Assembly (NCBI RefSeq): GCF_021869535.1
Contig: NW_026262637.1
Span: forward strand, 30,566,001 to 30,630,000
Length of the DNA: 64,000 bases
From: Mytilus californianus
Taxonomy: Eukaryota
Reading direction: 5' to 3'
The position numbers and the translations under genes are program-made. Under the pieces are notes generated by a model. The model saw only the letters and a program-made list of their open reading frames with translations, was not told the origin of the DNA and made no database searches. Each line of letters opens with the position of its first letter. The first letter of the stretch is position 1. This document shows positions 23,813 to 32,071 of this stretch, piece after piece.

Positions 23813-25465
23813 TCAAGATATCAAGTTAAGCGTTACTGTAATAATTTCAGTCTTAAGTGGCATCGGAATGGGCAGTTTCAGAACTTTAGCCATCTTCCGC
23901 TTGCAGTTTTTCAATATAAGATATTGGCACTCCTTCTTCAATGTCCAATAATTTAGTATATCTGTCGTGAAGCTTATAATTTTGTTTTTAAATTTCATTT
24001 GTTCGGGTGTGTCTTCAGTTTTATAATCGTTCGTGTTGTCCATTATTTCCTTGACGCATTTATACGACATCATATTTAAAATATTCAAAAAAATATCCAG
24101 ATCTTTAGTAGTGAGTGTTTCTACGGTGTAACAAACAAATTGTTCGAATATCAAGCTAACCGGATAGAGTCCATTGCATTCTATTTCAGGATCTGCACCA
24201 TATTTTAATAATAACACTAGACTCTTTGTGTCTAACCCAATCAAAATGGACATATCACAAAAAGAGTGGAATGCAGTCCCCATCAACGACCCGTCCTCGT
24301 TAACTCGTCCTATTTGCTGCAGATTTGCTCCGTGACGAAGAAGGATCTCCGTACACTGTTGCAACATTCCATAAATCGTTTTGAATTCTATTTCAGCCTC
24401 TAAATGGAGGTTTAAACTACATATATTCGAATAGAAACAATGAAGTCCAGTAGAGTATGCTAATCTCCCAAATGCAGTTTGAACATTTAGATTTTCGTGA
24501 TCAATCTCAAATTCAATTTCGTCGAAATTCGAATTAGCACCAGCGTTCAGCAGCAGTACTATACAAGCAAAAATGTAAGGAAGTTTTTCTGGCATATCAT
24601 AACATTTCACATACAAGCACAACAAACTGTACAAAGGATAAGTTCTGAAAGGTATATTTGAAGCAACACTGTGTCCATGACGTATTAGAACAGTGGTCAC
24701 TGTCGGTAATGCTTCAACCCAGTTCTTGTCAAACAGAAAACTGTAGGAATAAAGGACATGGTAAAGGTTCATTCCTCCGAATAGTGATCTCAAATCTGGA
24801 TGTAAACGTAATAAAATATCCAGACATTCTGGTTTGGCTAATTTTAAAGCTGCTCCGACAGCACTTTTTATATCATCGTCTGTTGGGGACTCTGACAACA
24901 AAAGCCTCAAAGCTGAAGGCGAATCGAGTTGGCATGCCATGTTGATGTGGGCGTCCTTGCCAGAGAACTTACATCTGCCGTGATATCGACCTAAACAATG
25001 ATCAAGTATTAATTTCACACATCTAATATGGCCACCTTTGCCAGCAACATCAAGTGGAGTAACTTCGGTTCGTTCATCGCCGTCTGTTGGTTTCATGTAG
25101 TGTTTTTGGCTAAGCGACTGATACTTGAAGTTAGTAGCTTTATTATCATGAGGTCTGTCCTGTAAAAGGAGTCCAAGTATAGTTCTGTATCCAAGTTTGG
25201 CAGCAAGATGCATGTAAGATATTGAATGATACTCGTGTGGTGGCAGAAAAAATCCTTTAAAAAATAAAACTGTCACAGCTTCAATATTATTGGCGATAAT
25301 GGCATGGTGAAGGACATCCAGATCATTGTCATCGAGGTAAGATTCAATTTCTATTTTCGACAACTTGTCTACTTCTGACTTCACAATTTTTGTATCGGCA
25401 AAAGTTTGAACAAGTTGTATGAGAGATTGAACTGCTCTTGTATTTGAATGTTGGCGTCTGTTCAT
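23813..25465 (-). CDS. Ankyrin repeat and SOCS box protein (ASB-like), 550 aa, single coding exon
   Basis: Ankyrin-like repeats (DVLHHAIIANNIEAVTVLF, YMHLAAKLGYRTILGLLL, TPLDVAGKGGHIRCVKLIL) and a C-terminal SOCS-box pattern WTLKKECQYLILKNC...KLPIPMPLKTEI. Possible 5'-UTR intron 25732-25474 (AAG|GTAATG...TATAG). Confidence 0.88.
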   Translation of the reverse strand: MNRRQHSNTRAVQSLIQLVQTFADTKIVKSEVDKLSKIEIESYLDDNDLDVLHHAIIANNIEAVTVLFFKGFFLPPHEYHSISYMHLAAKLGYRTILGLLLQDRPHDNKATNFKYQSLSQKHYMKPTDGDERTEVTPLDVAGKGGHIRCVKLILDHCLGRYHGRCKFSGKDAHINMACQLDSPSALRLLLSESPTDDDIKSAVGAALKLAKPECLDILLRLHPDLRSLFGGMNLYHVLYSYSFLFDKNWVEALPTVTTVLIRHGHSVASNIPFRTYPLYSLLCLYVKCYDMPEKLPYIFACIVLLLNAGANSNFDEIEFEIDHENLNVQTAFGRLAYSTGLHCFYSNICSLNLHLEAEIEFKTIYGMLQQCTEILLRHGANLQQIGRVNEDGSLMGTAFHSFCDMSILIGLDTKSLVLLLKYGADPEIECNGLYPVSLIFEQFVCYTVETLTTKDLDIFLNILNMMSYKCVKEIMDNTNDYKTEDTPEQMKFKNKIISFTTDILNYWTLKKECQYLILKNCKRKMAKVLKLPIPMPLKTEIITVTLNLIS

Positions 25466-25829
25466 TTTGAAATCTATATAGCGTCACAATGCAATCAAAC
25501 GCTTAATAATACGTCATAATTATATAACATCTCTGCACAAATGTTGACAAATCATGAACAATCCATTCTAAACACAACTCAATCTAAAGAAAAAATAAGC
25601 CATGTTTACACAGGAAGTTGAACAAAATCGACCTTGGTAATGTTCTTGAGATTTAAAAATATAATCTAAATCTATATATATTATATATGTACAAAATGTA
25701 TAAATAAATATAGATTTAAATGTTCGCATTACCTTTTGAAAGGTCGCATCATGGAGAATTAGACAACAAAACGTTACATACAGTATGTTACATATAAACT
25801 CTTCTCAAAACGTTTATGTCTTTGATAAT

Positions 25830-25974
25830 GTGATCCTGGCATTTTGAAAAGGGGGAGTTCCAACCCCTGGAACACTGGTGGCATGAAATGCCGGTTCACA
25901 TAATTAATTAAAAAAAAAAAACCGTAAAAAGGGGGGTTCCAATCCCCGGAACACCCCCTCTGCATCCGCTTATG
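25830..25974. mobile_element. MITE related to 21318-21441
   Basis: AAGGGGGAGTTCCAACCCC...GGGGGGTTCCAATCCCCGGAACACCCCCTCTGCATCCGCTTATG; left TIR eroded. Confidence 0.5.
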
Positions 25975-25990
25975 AACCTGGTGGTTGAAA

Positions 25991-26270
25991 GACAGGAAGT
26001 AAATGGAGAATGTATCCATTGGACACAGATGATGCCCCCCGCTTGCATATAACGTAATAAAGGGGCATAACTCGAGAACAGTAAAAGTGACGCCACCCAA
26101 ATTCGAACTTGGTCTGTTTTTTTGTGGTTATAAGCATTGTGTATAAGTTTCATTACATTTGGTTGAGGTAAACTAAAGTCAGAAAACGGAAACCAATTTC
26201 GGGATGTACGTACGGACGTACGGACAAGAGTAACACTTAATGGCGCCTCTGGAGACGGCTGGGCATAAAA
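25991..26270 (+). mobile_element. Short pearl/HINE-like element (one core unit, GGACGTAC microsatellite, 3' A-tract)
   Basis: Core GGGGCATAACTCGAGAACAGTAAAAGTGACGCCACCCAAATTCGAACTTG as at 2770-3245, then GTACGTACGGACGTACGGAC and ...GGGCATAAAAA. Confidence 0.65.
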
Positions 26271-26379
26271 ATATACGCTATCACTCCCAAAGAAAACCTG
26301 GATAATAACTCATTATATAATATCTCATTAGAAATCGCTGAGTTTGTTACGACTCTTGCATGTGGAATTTCGCATATAA

Positions 26380-26790
26380 CAAAGAGGCGAAAGGTACCAA
26401 GGGAGGATTTAAAGCTCGTAAGTCGATGATAAACAGATATAGGAAAAAAATAAAAAAGAAGAAAAGATAAACAAGTTCACATAACACTACATAGAAAAAC
26501 TAACTAGAGAACGAGCACCACGAACCCCACTCAAAACTTGTGGTAATCTCGTTTGCTCCGGAAATGCTAGCCGATCCTGCTCCACGTGTGGCATCCGTCC
26601 TTGTGGTAAGTACAAATTCGATGATGTCACAACCGAATAGAAGAGGACGTGATTGTAATTACGACATTTGGTACATATCCGGGGTCATCTGTGATACAGT
26701 TCAACCAACTCGTTATGGCGTCCGTAAAACTATTGAAGGGTTGACTTCAGCTTTTTGGTTTAATAGCTTTCTTTTCAGCAACACCCTTTT
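26380..26790 (-). mobile_element. Penelope-like 3' fragment (minus strand)
   Basis: Reverse complement contains TTTTACGGACGCCATAACGAGTTGGTTGA...GTATCACAGATGACC and GAGTGGGGTTCGTGGTGCT, as in the plus-strand copies. Confidence 0.55.
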
Positions 26791-27055
26791 TACATTTTAT
26801 AACTTGAGGGACTTTCCGATTTGATTTTTCCTTGGATTTCGGTATTTTTGTTATTTCACTTTTTTTTGTCAAGGAAATCATCAAAGGAAACGCAAACTCT
26901 AGTATAAATTGGGAGATATATACTCCATGTGCAGGCGCTAGTGAAAATGTTGCTTCATAGAAATGGAAAATTCACAATTCTGAAGCTGAAATTATCTCTT
27001 TTGTTTTAAAGTTTTTTTTCTCAACCGACCCTCATTGTCCATTTCTAGATGTAAG

Positions 27056-27600
27056 TCAAGATACGATATCCATTGTGAACTTTCCATTTCTGTGCAGCAA
27101 TAGTTGCAGTGTCTGCATATGAAATACGTACATGACTCTCTGTTGATACGGTATTTTAGGGCTTGGGATCCCTATCATAAATTCCTTGATAGATATTTTT
27201 ATGTTTACGATGATGCTATTGAACAAAGGGTTCCCAATGGTACAGATAAATCCCTTCCGGCGAAACGTTTTGCGGACGCCATAATAATTTGTTTGACCCT
27301 TATTGAATATTTGTGTAACAGATGACCACAGATATGTTCCATTTGTCACTGCCCTCGTCGTCTTTGACTCGATTGTGAGATATCGAATGCGACTTGTCGT
27401 CAAATTCTATTTACCACGAGCAACGTCACGGGTGCTACTTGTTATGCAGGAACTACAGGCCCTTCCGGAACACCTGAGTTCACCCAAATTATTGGTAGGG
27501 TTTATTATTGATAGGGTTTGTGTTGCTGGCTCAGTTGCTTTTCAATTCACGATAGAGAACGATGGACAAAAAAAAAGAAGAATAGAGAATAACAAGGTGT
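27056..27600 (+). mobile_element. Penelope-like RT C-terminus and 3' region, degenerate
   Basis: Reads approximately ISIVNFPFLCSN...LIRYFRAWDPYHKFLDR...LLNKGF...GRH; frameshifted. Confidence 0.6.
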
Positions 27601-27777
27601 TAATATATAAAGAATAGAAAAATTGGCCTATAAAAAAAAAGAATACAGGAATAAAGATCTCCATCTAGATCCTCGTGTATAAGCCAATTTGTAGCACACA
27701 CAGTGACATAGCACATACTCCTTCGCGAATACAGATTAAGATGTTGGGTAAACAGGAACATATATATATTAGATATT

Positions 27778-28512
27778 AACAAGTCTAAATTGAAAACAAC
27801 GTTCAAACCTATGATTGCGTTGGATAAAAACCGCAATTTTTATACGTGTGCATGCAAAACAAATTTCTTGGTAGAGGGGTCTAAATACAGCACAAACAAC
27901 ATTTTCCAAAAGACCAAATGAGTGAAAAAGTATATTTTAACAAAACGCATTTGACTAGCAGGTCGAACAACTGATGTTCTTAAACCCTGCTGACTGCCAT
28001 TGGCGATTGCCAAATAAACGGATCACAAGATGTAACAAATGGATCTTATTATTAAATTATTACCAAACAGAAAACAATAAACTTGCGGGAAAGATGGTAT
28101 ACCGCAAACATGAGGTGCAAAAATTTGTACACTGGGCATATCCGGATTTCGACAATTAATGTCTCTTCAGTGATGTTAGGAATCGAAACGGTATTTGGAA
28201 GGCCATATAATTTATCTCAATTTAGGATAGACTCTTGAATTTTGAAAGAGTCAAAATAGGATGAACGGATCATATAAACCCGAAGGCAAATATAATACAA
28301 GCCCAAACGAAAAAATATAAACAAGTCTAAATTGAAAACAACGTTCAAACCTATGATTGCGTTGGATAAAAACCGCAATTTTTATACGTGTGCATGCAAA
28401 ACAAATTTCTTGGTAGAGGGGTCTAAATACAGCACAAACAACATTTTCCAAAAGACCAAAATGAGTGAAAAAGTATATTTTAACAAAACGCATTTGACTA
28501 GCAGGTCGAACA
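27778..28512 (-). mobile_element. Retrozyme-like insertion: 542-bp unit plus 192-bp terminal redundancy
   Basis: 27778-27969 and 28320-28512 are identical apart from one base in an A-run. A hammerhead motif lies in the unique part. TATATATTAGATATTA occurs on both flanks. Confidence 0.65.
28128..28177 (-). ncRNA. Minimal type I hammerhead ribozyme motif
   Basis: Minus strand: AACAUCA-CUGAAGA-GACA(UUAAU)UGUC-GAAA-UCCGGA-UA|UGCCCAGUGU. Intact core, 4-bp stem II, palindromic stem III, AUA triplet, predicted cut between 28139 and 28138. Stem I needs a 4-nt bulge. Confidence 0.65.
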
Positions 28513-28949
28513 TATATATATATATTATATATATCTATATATTAGATATTAGATATACTGTTCCCAGGGGTAAACGTTCACTGGAATTATTTCAAAACGT
28601 TCACGACGTCGAAAGTCTAGAAAACGCCGGTAGTTTTGGTATCACAATGAGTTGTGTTAACATACAAGTATACCAAAAAGGAAGTCTCAACATAATCTTG
28701 CTAGCAAAAAAGATAAAGAAGGGTGCCCTATTGGTATCGTGAAGCCGATTCCAAGAGCCAATTAAAACCATAAGTCGTAGAAAAACAGGCAGCATCATCG
28801 CCAAAAGAAGGAAAAAAAAACGAGAAGACAAACAACAGTCTACAAAACATGCTTCTTTTGTCCATTATTCTCTATTCTGTAAATCCCCATCCAGACCCTT
28901 ACACGTGGATTCCGATGAATAGTGCAGCAAAAATTATTGAATAAAGAAA

Positions 28950-29282
28950 ATATATATGGATGGTGTCATAACATTTATTGTTAACTCATTAACGAACATT
29001 TTATGCAAGAGATATGCAAATAAAACACATAAACGAGCATTGCCAGGTGATACTAAGAATTTCAGAATAAGAATATATGCACAACTTGCCGAGTTTTTCC
29101 CCCAGCTTCAGTCCGAGATATATATCCATTCTGGACACACATCTGCATTCAGATTTATACCAGGATTTACCCTCGGATTTCGATGGTCCTTTTTAATAAA
29201 AATATGCTCTTGTGTTCGATATGAAACATATATATGTTGTAGAAATTTTCGGAAACACAGACAAAATTAATGTCATGTGCCT
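28950..29282. mobile_element. Probable DNA transposon fragment ending ...GTCATGTGCCT|TTAA
   Basis: Kolobok-like YY|TTAA terminus directly downstream of the BTB gene stop; no matching left end found. Confidence 0.3.
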
Positions 29283-29348
29283 TTAAAAATCTACCGCGTT
29301 CTGTCCTAAGATATGATAAGTTAACGTTGGATTGGTGCTATTAGAATT

Positions 29349-30884
29349 TTAATCACTTTCTTGGTAGTACCCTGGGGAATCATAAAACTCTTCTTCCAGA
29401 TTTATATATTTGTCTATACTATCATGGTCACTGTAACTATGATCTTCATAACTATCATTACTCCAACTGTCGTGTTCATCTCTGTCATGATATTCCTCTG
29501 GTGATGGTGACCGACTACACATTTTTACTCCTACCCACAGACAATTGGGGTAATTCGTTTTTGTCAATACAGTTCCACAGAAAGAGTAAAAATATCCGCG
29601 CTTACTTCCAGGTTTATTGATTTTTATCCCAGCTGTATCGTCGGCAAAACCCGAGCCATACGGGCCGAATATGTTGCCAAAATTAGAAGTAAATCTCAGA
29701 CCCATTTCTGTTGTATTGTAAAAGCTCTCAACTTTAATAATAACTTCATTCCGTTGTAATATAAATCTCTCTTCTGATAATTCTATATCAGAACATTTCT
29801 TGCTGCATGTCTTTCCCTTGCTGTCTTCGTGTGTGACGCTCAGATCTTTACCACTTCTGCAAGTTACTATAATTTTATTGATCCTTGTTCTAGCTTTTTT
29901 TTTGTCCAATGTACTGCAAAGACATCTCGAGACAAAAATTCTGATTTCCGAAGCACGATCATCCACAAATTCAAAATCCCTTGTCCAATTATGTCCATGA
30001 TAATCATAATGGTATTCCATATTTCTCCAGTATCCTGAAAATTTCCTGACCTCGGACCACTTCTTTGGCAAAAGTTGGTCTATCGATTGATTTCTCGGGT
30101 ACTGTATATAAAGTAGAACAGTTCTGATAGCATCACTATCATATACTGTAGTGTAATTTTCTAATGTTTCAACTACGTCGTGAAACGGAATTTCCGTAAA
30201 TTTGATAGACCATAAAAGAGAATCTACGTTAAGTTTTTCGATCTGATCATCAGCTTTGTTTGAGATATATTCTAGTACAACCTTCAGCAACTCCAGTTCT
30301 ACGTTTTCGGCCGGAATATCAAATATCAAAACCGATAAATTTTCATTTGACAGCAATGTTTTCAACTGATCTACGGAAAGGGAATCGAAAAGTCCTTTCT
30401 TTTTAACATCTTCAAAATTCTTCGTAATAAATGAGCACACTGCTTTCTGTTGTTGCAGTAAACCCAAAGTGCATGTTAAGGTTGAAACTTTTACAAGGTT
30501 GTCAAAATCAACATGCACATGCCTTTTCATGAAATTTACCGTTGCCTTTTTCATGCCATCTACTTTCAGAAGAACGGCAGCTTCATATAAATCCATTGCA
30601 TTGTTCTCTGTTATTTTTATTTCCCCACTGTACGCAAAATGTACGATAGTTTCTAGTATTTCAGAAGAAATATCATCTATTATGAAAAGTTCCTGTGATG
30701 AATGATCTTGAAACAGTGTCTCAAAAAAATCAGAAAAAGATGTCAGAATTAGTTTATGTGCGGTGACCTTTACTACGCCAGACTGCAGAATAACATCACA
30801 ATACTTCCTGGCTTCACGAGCTTCGTTTATTTTAAGGCAGATCTGTCTTTGGTAATGCTTTTCTCTGAATGTACAGTAAGACAT
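29349..30884 (-). CDS. BTB/POZ-BACK protein with a C-terminal jacalin-like (beta-prism lectin) domain and an acidic tail, 511 aa, single coding exon
   Basis: BTB: YCDVILQSG...AHKLILTSFSDFFETLF...ETIVHFAYSGEIKITENNAMDLYEAAVLLKV. BACK: FITKNFEDV...FDSLSVDQLKTLLSNENL...ELELLKVVLEYI. C-terminal RFILQRNEVIIKVES...GLRFTSNFGNIFGPYG...GYFYSFCG fits the jacalin pattern. No Kelch repeats. Acceptor TTTCAG upstream at 30912-30913. Confidence 0.85.
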   Translation of the reverse strand: MSYCTFREKHYQRQICLKINEAREARKYCDVILQSGVVKVTAHKLILTSFSDFFETLFQDHSSQELFIIDDISSEILETIVHFAYSGEIKITENNAMDLYEAAVLLKVDGMKKATVNFMKRHVHVDFDNLVKVSTLTCTLGLLQQQKAVCSFITKNFEDVKKKGLFDSLSVDQLKTLLSNENLSVLIFDIPAENVELELLKVVLEYISNKADDQIEKLNVDSLLWSIKFTEIPFHDVVETLENYTTVYDSDAIRTVLLYIQYPRNQSIDQLLPKKWSEVRKFSGYWRNMEYHYDYHGHNWTRDFEFVDDRASEIRIFVSRCLCSTLDKKKARTRINKIIVTCRSGKDLSVTHEDSKGKTCSKKCSDIELSEERFILQRNEVIIKVESFYNTTEMGLRFTSNFGNIFGPYGSGFADDTAGIKINKPGSKRGYFYSFCGTVLTKTNYPNCLWVGVKMCSRSPSPEEYHDRDEHDSWSNDSYEDHSYSDHDSIDKYINLEEEFYDSPGYYQESD

Positions 30885-31669
30885 TCCAGTTCTGTAAAAT
30901 TAGGCCCGAGCCTGAAATAAAAAAAAACTATAATTTTGTTACTGGTACGTCTGATATATTCGATTTGTTTACATTTAAAAGGCTTTTTGAAGATTGTATT
31001 GACTGTTACGGCAACTTGGGGACTTACAACACTTGGTTTTGTCTTGTCAAAATGTAGTTTTATATTTATATATCATACTATTTAGAAAAAAAACATAAGA
31101 GGAGTGAATGTGTATGTCACAGAGCCTCAGAGGGTTGCAATTAGAAGCGAAATGATATGGATGACCTTCTATAATTGCAACCCTCTGAATCCCCACTTTC
31201 TTTTCAAATCAGCAAGAATATATATCTTGTCAATAAATTATGCATAGAATTTAAGAAAATCGTTCATGTTTAATAGGGCATACATAAAATTCCATGACAA
31301 AAAATATCTTTCTGAATAGTCACATCAGTCCTAAAATATTGAAATTGTATTTTTTATATTTGGTGGGATTAAATCAGCATTAAAATGTCAATGTCTTATT
31401 CTTTTTTGTCATATGTGTGCATGCTTTCTTTCTTTCTCGTGGTTCAATAAAAAAAAATATGAAATATTCCTTTAATGTTTCCTCTGGAGGATAGTTAATA
31501 TGACAATGTGTTTCCTTTAAATTCCCCAATGTATTTTAACATACGGTATTTTTTCAGAATTGGAAACTGTATATTTATCTGTGACTAAAGGAGGATTATA
31601 TCTGTAAGTCATAGAGTTATGACAGTCGTGTAAATGTTCAGGTTTTTTTTTATTTACATCTTAACTTAC

Positions 31670-32071
31670 CTTTCAGATCAAAGTGAAAGTACAACATAAA
31701 ATTTCAGAAAGTGAAAGTAGATTTTAAAATTATGAGAAACGATAAAATATTCTGATCTTATTCTATGTGAATTCTTTCATTTTTTGAATTATTTTAATGA
31801 AACTGAAAAAAATCTACCGGTTTAATCATTATAAAGATTAAAAATATAAAATATGATAATGAATAAGTTAAGGGGAGACAACAACGTTTTAACAGGTGCT
31901 TCATACGGGTACTTTTGGTAACCAACAACAATGATGGCGGCCTACATATGAAAGAAGATCAGCGTTCCATAACATTAGAAACAAACTGCAGAAACCGTAG
32001 ATGGAAAAGCCACTTTTAAATTTGAAATAGTTATATGTTTGAGATAGGTTTGGTTCAATTTTTGCATTAAA
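31670..32071. promoter_or_regulatory. Putative bidirectional promoter region shared by the BTB-jacalin gene (-) and the dynein gene (+)
   Basis: Minus-strand donor GAAAG|GTAAGT at 31669 can pair with the acceptor at 30913. YY1-like ATGGCGGCC near 31935 and a half X-box GGTAAC at about 31917. The dynein ATG is at 32072. Confidence 0.45.

Noticed and set aside
28251-28742. ORFs of 80 and 136 aa across the retrozyme-like repeat
   Set aside because: No domain features; they cross the element boundary and a TA microsatellite.
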